A stretch of 64,000 nucleotides of DNA from Candidatus Cryptobacteroides sp. (GTDB lineage: Bacteria > Bacteroidota > Bacteroidia > Bacteroidales > UBA932). Both the position numbers and the translations under genes were made by a program. Below, one piece after another: positions 56,173-64,000 of the stretch. Under the pieces are notes generated by a model. It saw nothing but the letters and a program-made list of their open reading frames with translations, did no database searches and was not told the origin of the DNA. The first letter of the stretch is position 1, and every line of letters begins with the position of its first letter. The DNA lies in NCBI GenBank assembly GCA_045613365.1, contig JAZLAS010000065.1, positions 10,252-74,251 of the forward strand, given 5' to 3'.

Positions 56173-56284
56173 ATTTTTCAACGTTATATCTTGATTCAAC
56201 ATCAGTCAACTTATCACAAAGCTCTACGAAGTACATAGAGGGGACTTGCTATCGTTTCGCTCAAAGTTTTCTAAGTTATGATAA

Positions 56285-59200
56285 TTATGCTTTTGAGAGC
56301 TTTTTAGCGGCTTTGCGGGCGGCACGACGCTCCTGCCATGAGGCCATCGATGCATATACGGTAGGTATGATCACGAGAGTCACAAGAGTCGAGATCGAAA
56401 GACCCCAAGCCACAACCATACCGAGCGAACGCCACATTTCCGCTCCCTCACCCTGACCTACAGCCATCGGGATCATACCGAGAACGGTTGTCAGAGTAGT
56501 CATGAGGATAGGACGGAGACGGGATTTGGCAGCAATCACTGAAGACTCCGCAATGCTCTTGCCACGCTCACGCATAAGGATAGTGTAGTCGATGAGCACG
56601 ATACCGTTCTTCACCACGATACCCATCAGGATAAGGATACCGATCATACCCATTGTTCCAAGAGGAGTTCCTGTAACCCAGAGTCCGAGGAGCACTCCGA
56701 CGAATGCGAACGGAATCGAGAACATGATCACGAAAGGACTCATGAAGGACTCGAACTGGGACGCCATCACGATATATACCAGAATAATGATCATTGCAAG
56801 GAGCATGATGAGGTCTGCGAACATCTCCTGCTGGTCTTCATACGAACCGCCTATTTCGACAGCAAGCTCTGAAGGGATATCTGTTTCCGCGAGGACCATA
56901 TCTGTCGAAGCCACAGCATCAGACAAAGCAACACCATTTGCCACAACACCGGACACAGTGATAAGTCTCTCACGATTCTTTCTCTGTATAGAAGGAGGAG
57001 TCAAAGTTTCCACCACAGTTCCGAGGTCCTTGATTCTCACGCCCTTGCCCATGTTATTATAAATGATGATATTCTCGATATCCTCTATACTTGTCCTGTA
57101 TTCAGGAGCATAGCGTACGCGGATATCATACTCATCACCGTCCTCACGATAGAAAGACTGGGTAGAACCGTTCATGGCTGCACTCAGATATGAAGCTGCA
57201 GTCGTACTGTTGAGGCCGTTCACAGCGAGCTTCTCGCGGTCGAAATCCACCTGATATTCAGGTGTATATTCGTCACGGCTCAAGAGCACCTGAGAGAAAT
57301 CTCCTGTCTCAAGCAAGCCTGTCTGGATTTCCTTGGCAACGCGGTCAGTGGTCTCGAAATCATATCCATAGATTTCGACATCCACGGTAGAAGCTCCACC
57401 CATTCCGCCGCCGCCTTCAGTAACTCTGACCTTCTTGAACTCCGGATAATCGGCAATGATACCACGGACCACATCCGCAATCTCAGCTGTCGAACGTTCA
57501 CGCTCTTCCATGCTGCCGACATTGATGTTATATGATACGACATGCGTACCATTGGTCTGCATGGCAGCAAATGAATTGTCCGAGTCAGCCTGACCGAGCG
57601 AATATGAACAGTTTATAATCTCCGGAATAGCCGTATCGAACTTTGCATAAAGCTCATGTGCGATAGATCTGGTCACATTCTGTCCCGTTCCTGCCGGAAG
57701 TTCCAGCTGGATTGTGATACGTCCGTCATCCGACTTCGGCATGAACTCAGTCTTGATGCGAGGGCCAATCAAGCCTACTGTTCCTACAAACACGACAAGA
57801 GAGATGATAACCACAATTGTCCTATGACCTATACACCAGTTGATCAGTCTTCCATAGCCTCTTGATATCAAGTCAATGAGTCTGTTGAAGTTACCGAAAA
57901 TGAGGTCGTGAACCTTACCGGTCTTAGGCTTGAAACGGAGGAACTGCGAGCAGAGCATCGGAATAAGTGTAAGCGCACCTATCGTTGACACGATCATGAT
58001 GATACTTGTGATCCAACCGAGCTGCTTGAACATAAGACCTGCCATTCCCTTGATCATGGTAAGCGGAAGGAACACGGCAAGCATGGTCAATGTCGAGGCA
58101 ATCACAGAGATACCCACCTCCTGGGTCGCATGAACGGCAGCCTCCTTTGGCTTGGCTCCCCTTTCCAGATGTGTGGAGATATTCTCCAATACCACGATGG
58201 CATCGTCCACTACCATACCGATGGCAATCGAAAGAGCAGACATGGACACGATGTTCAGCGTATTTCCTGTAGCCCAAAGGTACATCAGAGACGCAAGGAG
58301 GGAAATAGGGATCGCAAGCACGATGATGAATGTAGCACGCCATCTTCCGAGGAAGAGGTAAACCACGAGCATCACTATGAGGAATGTCACTATAATGGTC
58401 TCCTTCAATGAGTTGAGGGTATTCAGGATATTATCCGAACTATCCACGACTGTCCTGATCTCGATATCTGAAGGAAGATTCTTCTCGATCTTCTTCATTT
58501 CCTTCTTGATACCCCTGATCACATTCACAGTATTGGCATCAGCCTGCTTCTGAATAACGATCTGGGCACCCTGGATACCGTTAACGTAAGACTCCTGATA
58601 CCTTTCCTCGACACCGTCGATCACACGTGCCACATCACGAAGATAGATAGTCTTTCCGTTTACGTGTCCAACGACGACATCAAGCATCTCTTCAGCCGCA
58701 GTAAACTCCTTCTCGACACGCAGAGAGTATGCATTCGATCCGATATCGATACTTCCAGAAGGCACATTCCTGTTCTCCTGAGCGAGGATTGCAGAAATAC
58801 CGGCTACCGTAAGTCCGTATGCCTCAAGCTTGTTAGGGTCACAATATACCTGGATCTCACGCTGAGGTGCTCCGGCAACGGATACCGTACCTACGCCTGA
58901 GACTCTTGCAAGAGGAGTCGCTACCTTGTCGTCCAGAATCTTCTCAAGAGCCTGAAGGCTCTCGTCTGCTGTAGCCGCCATGATCATGATAGGCATGTCG
59001 TCGGCACTGAACTTGAAGATCACCGGCAGTGATGCTCCATCAGGAAGAACGGAGTTGACCATATCGAGTTTATCGCGGACATCGTTGGTAGCGACATCGA
59101 TATCCACACCCTCGATGAATTCAAGAGTGATGAGCGATATGTTCTCCTTGGAAGTAGAACTCAGATTCTTAAGATCGCTCACACCGTTCAGGGAGTTCTC

Positions 59201-59401
59201 GAGCACCTTCGTCAGGTTGGTCTCGATATCCTCCGCACTGGCTCCCGGATACGATGACATGACCATCACGACATTCGCATCGAACTTAGGGAACCTGTCC
59301 AAAGATATGTTAATCAGCGAAAATACACCGAAGATCGCCAACGCAATGAATACAAGCGAAGTGGTGACCGGGTTATTTACCGCTTTTCTGTATATGCTCA
59401 T
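56285..59401 (-). CDS. RND efflux permease (AcrB/AcrD/AcrF family)
   Basis: YPGASAEDIE, IGMVVDDAIVVLENI, ASTLT..AVFLP, GIVVKNGIVLID, RLRPILMT. Confidence 0.95.
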   Translation of the reverse strand: MSIYRKAVNNPVTTSLVFIALAIFGVFSLINISLDRFPKFDANVVMVMSSYPGASAEDIETNLTKVLENSLNGVSDLKNLSSTSKENISLITLEFIEGVDIDVATNDVRDKLDMVNSVLPDGASLPVIFKFSADDMPIMIMAATADESLQALEKILDDKVATPLARVSGVGTVSVAGAPQREIQVYCDPNKLEAYGLTVAGISAILAQENRNVPSGSIDIGSNAYSLRVEKEFTAAEEMLDVVVGHVNGKTIYLRDVARVIDGVEERYQESYVNGIQGAQIVIQKQADANTVNVIRGIKKEMKKIEKNLPSDIEIRTVVDSSDNILNTLNSLKETIIVTFLIVMLVVYLFLGRWRATFIIVLAIPISLLASLMYLWATGNTLNIVSMSALSIAIGMVVDDAIVVLENISTHLERGAKPKEAAVHATQEVGISVIASTLTMLAVFLPLTMIKGMAGLMFKQLGWITSIIMIVSTIGALTLIPMLCSQFLRFKPKTGKVHDLIFGNFNRLIDLISRGYGRLINWCIGHRTIVVIISLVVFVGTVGLIGPRIKTEFMPKSDDGRITIQLELPAGTGQNVTRSIAHELYAKFDTAIPEIINCSYSLGQADSDNSFAAMQTNGTHVVSYNINVGSMEERERSTAEIADVVRGIIADYPEFKKVRVTEGGGGMGGASTVDVEIYGYDFETTDRVAKEIQTGLLETGDFSQVLLSRDEYTPEYQVDFDREKLAVNGLNSTTAASYLSAAMNGSTQSFYREDGDEYDIRVRYAPEYRTSIEDIENIIIYNNMGKGVRIKDLGTVVETLTPPSIQRKNRERLITVSGVVANGVALSDAVASTDMVLAETDIPSELAVEIGGSYEDQQEMFADLIMLLAMIIILVYIVMASQFESFMSPFVIMFSIPFAFVGVLLGLWVTGTPLGTMGMIGILILMGIVVKNGIVLIDYTILMRERGKSIAESSVIAAKSRLRPILMTTLTTVLGMIPMAVGQGEGAEMWRSLGMVVAWGLSISTLVTLVIIPTVYASMASWQERRAARKAAKKLSKA

Positions 59402-59408
59402 ATTTCAA

Positions 59409-60440
59409 TTATTCGTTTACTGTAACCTTAACACCATCCTTGAGGCGGATCTGGCCTCCGGTAACGACCTTTGCACCATCTTCAATACCCTCAAGCACTT
59501 CATACTCAGCACCCATACGACGACCAAGGAGTACCTTCTTGTATGTAACGGTACCGTCTTCATTCAAAATATACACAAACCTCTCGCCTGATCCCTGCTG
59601 CTTCACCACAGCGACATCAGGGATCACGACGCTGTTATTCACACCGAACTTCACGGTAGCTCTGGCGAACATTCCCGGACGGAGAACTGCATAGTTATTA
59701 TCAACAACCACCTCTACGGTAAATGTACGGGTAGCCGGATCGACAGTCGGATAAATCTTCCTGATCTTTCCGTAGAAAGTCTTTCCCGGAAGAGCATCTG
59801 CAGTGATTTCAACTGAATCACCCTTCTTTACCTTCGAATAATCAGTCTCTGAGATACCCACAAGGAGCTTCACAGGAACTATCTGCTCGACTGTATAGAT
59901 AGGAGCTGACATGGCATACATATCTCCTGCATCATAATTGCGGGCAGTGATGACACCGCTGATAGGAGACACCAGAGTAGCATTCTCCTTAAGGTTGTTA
60001 TACTGAGTCTTGCTTACATTATAAGCCATCTCGATAGCATCCAGATCAGATTTTGAAAGACCGCCTACCTCATAAAGCTCCTTGAGACGGTTGTACTCTG
60101 CCTCATTGTTCTTCATCTGGAGTTCAATCTGAGCAAGCTGTGTCTGATCCATCTCTGCAACTACCTGACCCTTCTTAACATTATCTCCTATATCAACAAG
60201 AATCCTGCTGATACGGCCGGCAGTCTGCGGAGCGATATTGTTCTTGACATAGGCCTGAATTGTAGAAGTATATGTCTCTTCCTGAGGAACTTCACGTGCA
60301 TATACCTGAGTCACTGCGACCGTAGGAATGATTTCTTCGGCCACCGCTGTCTGTTCTGCAGTCTTGCTGCCAGTGTTACCGCAACCGGCAGCAATGGCTG
60401 CTGCTACCGCCAACGGCATAATTCTGAAAATAGTCTTCAT
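59409..60440 (-). CDS. RND periplasmic adaptor (membrane fusion protein), lipoprotein
   Basis: Lipobox AAGC, GRISRILVDIGDNVKKGQ, SPISGVI, PTVDPATRTF, LRPGMFA. Confidence 0.92.
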   Translation of the reverse strand: MKTIFRIMPLAVAAAIAAGCGNTGSKTAEQTAVAEEIIPTVAVTQVYAREVPQEETYTSTIQAYVKNNIAPQTAGRISRILVDIGDNVKKGQVVAEMDQTQLAQIELQMKNNEAEYNRLKELYEVGGLSKSDLDAIEMAYNVSKTQYNNLKENATLVSPISGVITARNYDAGDMYAMSAPIYTVEQIVPVKLLVGISETDYSKVKKGDSVEITADALPGKTFYGKIRKIYPTVDPATRTFTVEVVVDNNYAVLRPGMFARATVKFGVNNSVVIPDVAVVKQQGSGERFVYILNEDGTVTYKKVLLGRRMGAEYEVLEGIEDGAKVVTGGQIRLKDGVKVTVNE

Positions 60441-60455
60441 ATATCTTTTCTTTTA

Positions 60456-61991
60456 TTATTCAATGAAATCCTGACCGAGTGTCTGTTCGAGCTGAGCTTT
60501 TGCCACAACGAAGTTATAGATAGCCTGAGACTCCGCGAGCTGAGCCTGAGTAAGGGCAAGCTGGGCGTCATTGAGCTCGATAAGGGTACTTCTTCCCACC
60601 TGATATGCCTTTTCTGCAATGCTGTAGCCCTTTGCCGCCGATGCGACAGCATCCTGAGCAGCATAATAGCTCTTCATGTTGGTCTCCATTGTCGTCAGGC
60701 TCTGACGGATAGCGATCTTAAGCTGACGCTCCGCATTTTCAGTCTGAAGCTTGACCTGCTGATACTGGTTCTTGGCCTGACGTATAGCCTGATGACGCTT
60801 TCCTCCTGCGAAGATCGGAATATTGAGGCTGAGAGCCACATATGAATATGGAGTCCAGCGGTACTCGCTGAAATTGAAGTCATTGGTCATGGCATTCATG
60901 CTGAAATTGAATGCAAGTGCCAGAGACGGGATATTCGCATACTTCTGAAGCTTGATTGTCTCTGCAAGCATCTCTGACTGTATTGCAAGCTGCTTCATAG
61001 TAGTATTACGGTCAAGGCTGGCGCTGTCATGCTGGTGCATGTCATAGAGCATATGTTCTGCAAAATCCGAAAGCTGTCCGGCCACATCAAGATTCATATC
61101 CAGATCTACACCAAGAATGGCTTTGAGCTGCCACAAAGCAAGTATGATCGAACTCTCCGCATTATACACATTAGGGATAGCGCTGGCTACAGTTGTCTTA
61201 GCCCTGAGGAGTTCCATCTCCGAAATCTTCTCTGCATCGAACTTCTTCTTCGCCTCATCATAATTGCTTACTGCATTCTCGTAAACATCCTTATACACCT
61301 TGAATGCCTCCTTTGCAAGAAGCGTAGCGAAATAAGCATTCTTTACCTGAGTCACTGTTTCAAGTCTTGAAGAACGTGCCTTCTCTACAGCCAGTTCCAC
61401 ATCCAGACCTGAAATACTGAGGCTCTTCCAAAGCTGAGCGTTCACAAGAGGCATTGCTGCGGAAATACCACCAGACCAGGTGTTCCAACGTCCTACCTCA
61501 AGTCCGCCACCATTGTTCGACGACGGTTTCTCTTCTGTTTCAGGAATCTGCACTCCGTCCGGAATCTCCACACCATCAGGAAGTTCGGTATCACCACCTT
61601 CTCCGGTACCGCCTCCCATCATTCCGCCAAGCGAACTCATGTCGAAATCCATATACATCACCTGCTTCTTGATGGTTCTCTGGTACGCACCTGTTGCGTC
61701 GATCTGTGGGAAGAGAGCGGCATATGCACCTTTCTTGGCAAATCCGGTTCTTTCAATCTCCATGTCGGCAACCTTTACCGACACATTTTCGCTCAATGCA
61801 ATCTCGAGCGCCTGTTCCAAAGTGATTACAACAGGAGTTTCAGCTGCCTCCGCCTGAGTCAGGATAGCCTGTACTTCAGGATCCGGAGCATTCTCTGGCG
61901 CATTCTTTGTTCTGAACTGCGCCGAAGCAGAGAATGATGCGAGCATTGTTCCTGCAACGATCACTGTAGTTACCACTGTTCTTTTCATCAT
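60456..61991 (-). CDS. TolC-family outer-membrane efflux protein
   Basis: ITLEQALEIALSEN, VKNAYF, LNIPIF, YQVGRSTLIELNDAQ. Start set at MMKRT. Confidence 0.9.
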   Translation of the reverse strand: MMKRTVVTTVIVAGTMLASFSASAQFRTKNAPENAPDPEVQAILTQAEAAETPVVITLEQALEIALSENVSVKVADMEIERTGFAKKGAYAALFPQIDATGAYQRTIKKQVMYMDFDMSSLGGMMGGGTGEGGDTELPDGVEIPDGVQIPETEEKPSSNNGGGLEVGRWNTWSGGISAAMPLVNAQLWKSLSISGLDVELAVEKARSSRLETVTQVKNAYFATLLAKEAFKVYKDVYENAVSNYDEAKKKFDAEKISEMELLRAKTTVASAIPNVYNAESSIILALWQLKAILGVDLDMNLDVAGQLSDFAEHMLYDMHQHDSASLDRNTTMKQLAIQSEMLAETIKLQKYANIPSLALAFNFSMNAMTNDFNFSEYRWTPYSYVALSLNIPIFAGGKRHQAIRQAKNQYQQVKLQTENAERQLKIAIRQSLTTMETNMKSYYAAQDAVASAAKGYSIAEKAYQVGRSTLIELNDAQLALTQAQLAESQAIYNFVVAKAQLEQTLGQDFIE

Positions 61992-62015
61992 TTTAATACA
62001 CTGATTTTCAAGGCG

Positions 62016-62106
62016 CAAAAATACAACAAAATTCAAGCCACTCACATAGATTTTTTGGTCTAAAACAACACACTTTTGGTTTATAATTCCAATTTACTTA
62101 CTTTTG
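62016..62106. promoter_or_regulatory. Divergent tolC/araC promoter region with a tandem repeat, candidate AraC site
   Basis: Minus-strand TATTTTTG at 62016-62023 and plus-strand TACTTTTG at 62099-62106. TTTTGGTnTAnAA occurs at 62053 and 62074. Confidence 0.6.
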
Positions 62107-62124
62107 AAAGACAAAAGTATCAAT

Positions 62125-63063
62125 ATGAGCGAAAAAAGGCATAAAAACGGCAAACCGGCAGTCCTGTTCGGGGAAAATAACGTCACAAGAGTCGGATACA
62201 TCGAAGACTATATATTTGCCTGTGAAATAAAAGGAGAAGGCCATGTAACATATTCAAAACCAAGAAGGCCGAAATACCATCTTGTGATAATAATCCTTGA
62301 TGGAACGATGAGCCTTGTCATAAATGGCGAAAGGCTCTCATTCAGCAAAGACACTTATGTCAACCTTCCGACCTGGTCTGACATATATGAAATCAGATAC
62401 GACGCAGACTTCCATGCCATGGCTACAGCTACTGACAAAGGAGTCGTACAGGATATCTTCCAGAACCGCAACCCCTTTCCTCCGGATTTCAGATTCACGA
62501 TAGACCATGGAATCGGAGGGTCTTTAATGGAAAGACGGGACATAGAGACCCTTCACAAAGATATCAGCAACATGATTTCGTCCCTGTCAAACAAGGATCA
62601 TCATTTTGCAGAAGAAATCAATTATGCATATTTCTACATCCTTCTGACAGACATGGCCGACATGATGTGGAGAACATATGGAAAAGGAGCGCCATCCCGC
62701 AATCCGGACATGAAGCGGTCCGACACCATAATGAAGGATCTGACCACGCTGCTCACGCAACATATCCGTAAAGAGACCAGCGTGGAGTTCTACGCCGAAA
62801 GCCTCTGTATATCAAAGCAATATCTATCCTTGATAGTAAAGGAGAAAACCAGAGTGACGATAGGCACCATAATCTCTTCAATGAGGGTAGAAGAAGCATC
62901 GAGACTATTGAGAGATCCCGGTCTGACTTTACAGCAGATCGCGGAAATGCTTTCATTCTCCGACCAGTCTTCATTCGGAAAATTCTTTAAGAAACAAACG
63001 GGAATATCACCATTGAAATACAGGCAGAAGCTCAGAAAGACACTTCTTACACTTCGGCAGTAA
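62125..63063 (+). CDS. AraC-family transcriptional regulator
   Basis: C-terminal double HTH VEFYAESLCISKQYLS ... IAEMLSFSDQSSFGKFFKKQTGISPLKYR. Start set at MSEKR. Confidence 0.92.
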   Translation: MSEKRHKNGKPAVLFGENNVTRVGYIEDYIFACEIKGEGHVTYSKPRRPKYHLVIIILDGTMSLVINGERLSFSKDTYVNLPTWSDIYEIRYDADFHAMATATDKGVVQDIFQNRNPFPPDFRFTIDHGIGGSLMERRDIETLHKDISNMISSLSNKDHHFAEEINYAYFYILLTDMADMMWRTYGKGAPSRNPDMKRSDTIMKDLTTLLTQHIRKETSVEFYAESLCISKQYLSLIVKEKTRVTIGTIISSMRVEEASRLLRDPGLTLQQIAEMLSFSDQSSFGKFFKKQTGISPLKYRQKLRKTLLTLRQ

Positions 63064-63589
63064 CATCGAGCCACTCGTACTCGCCTCCCCAGATTTTCAG
63101 GAACCTCATGAAATCAGCATTGGAAAGCACAACGCTGGCAGTATTGTCACATGGGTGGAAACTGATGTTTTCCGCCGACTTCAGATCCTGGTCAAGGAAA
63201 AGCTTCACCCTATGTCCATTAGGGAAATGTTCCTTAGTAAGCACGTCAGTCTCAGGATCATGGATCAAACCGAGAGGAGACACTGATCCGGGGAGAAGCC
63301 CCAGACACCTTTCCATACGTTCTGCAGAAGCGAAGGACAGCTTTCCTTGCTTGAGCATGTGCTCCAAAGAATGGATGGCCAGCTCTTTATGGCATTCGAA
63401 GACAACAAGATAATGTCTGTTTCCCTTATGGTTACGGAAAAACAGATTCTTGCAATGGACCGAATCTATTTCTTTCCAATACTCAAGGGCAAGCTCGATG
63501 GTAGGAAGCGGAGGATGAGTATGAAGCTTATAACCGAGTCCATGCTTCTCAAGAAAGGCAAGGACCTCGGCAATTCTCTGATTTTCCAT
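63047..63589 (-). CDS. YbaK/ProX-family aminoacyl-tRNA deacylase
   Basis: HPPLPT, CKNLFFR, LSFAS, LGLLPGSVSPLGL, FHPCDNT. Confidence 0.88.
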   Translation of the reverse strand: MENQRIAEVLAFLEKHGLGYKLHTHPPLPTIELALEYWKEIDSVHCKNLFFRNHKGNRHYLVVFECHKELAIHSLEHMLKQGKLSFASAERMERCLGLLPGSVSPLGLIHDPETDVLTKEHFPNGHRVKLFLDQDLKSAENISFHPCDNTASVVLSNADFMRFLKIWGGEYEWLDVTAEV

Positions 63590-63999
63590 TACTTAGCTAT
63601 GCTTTTTGCGAAGTGGGTCGGCGCAGCCTTCTTCTTCTCAGGATGCACTATCCTTGCAGGCTGTTTTCTGACATAGCTATACACCAGAAAGCCGATGCCA
63701 AGCAGTATGAAAGGAATGCTGAGCCACTGTCCCATGTTCAGGACCATATCCTGCTCGAATCCGACCTGAGGTTCCTTGATGAACTCTATGAGGAAACGCA
63801 TTCCGAAACAACCGATGAAGAATGTTCCGATAAAGAATCCCCTGTAAAGCTTGTCAAGTCTGTACTTATACATAAGAATCTGGAAAACGCCCAGAAGGAA
63901 GTAGCTTAAGGCTTCATAAAGCTGTGTCGGATGCTTTGGCTCCGTCTCACCCCTGAGTTCGAAGATGAATCCCCAAGGAAGGTTTGTGACATCTCCATA
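63589..63999 (-). CDS. lgt: Prolipoprotein diacylglyceryl transferase, C-terminal part; truncated by the window edge
   Basis: Minus frame from 63999 reads YGDVTNLPWGFIF...HPTQLYEA...RFLIEFIKE...NMGQWLSIPF. Confidence 0.93.
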   Translation of the reverse strand, partial: YGDVTNLPWGFIFELRGETEPKHPTQLYEALSYFLLGVFQILMYKYRLDKLYRGFFIGTFFIGCFGMRFLIEFIKEPQVGFEQDMVLNMGQWLSIPFILLGIGFLVYSYVRKQPARIVHPEKKKAAPTHFAKSIAK

Positions 64000-64000
64000 G

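Noticed and set aside
56203-56284. Short CTCTA/TAGAG hairpin between the RND permease and the P-II-like gene
   Set aside because: A 5-bp stem with no U tract is indistinguishable from chance.

Overview
Gene-dense chromosomal segment from a Bacteroidales bacterium. The assignment rests on the susC/susD pair, the many lipoproteins and repeated TAnnTTTG -7 promoter boxes; finer taxonomy cannot be fixed from the window. (1) 1-19.7 kb: N-glycan/alpha-mannoside utilisation locus (PUL) with a GH92-GH125 fusion, two more GH92s, a GH130 phosphorylase, ManA, a LacI regulator, two DUF1735/LamG lipoproteins, GH18, SusD and SusC. A LacI-type operator lies over the susC promoter. (2) 19.9-32.2 kb: GH29, DUF1573, GH2, GH92, GH3 and an M3 peptidase. 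(3) 32.3-46.4 kb: the most striking block, a SusD-less candidate extracellular nucleic-acid utilisation locus with two TonB-dependent receptors, two exported nucleases and three OB-fold-like lipoproteins, two of which share an unnamed C-terminal domain. (4) 46.5-64 kb: housekeeping genes, namely metK (behind a SAM-II riboswitch with terminator and antiterminator), smpB, miaA, trmB, PSP1/RicT-like, holB, polyprenyl synthase, LOG, OMP, trxA, an RND efflux operon with AraC, ProX and partial lgt. A 130-bp branched palindrome lies between metK and smpB. No tRNA, rRNA, CRISPR array or transposase was recognised. All family calls come from motifs read by eye, not database searches.
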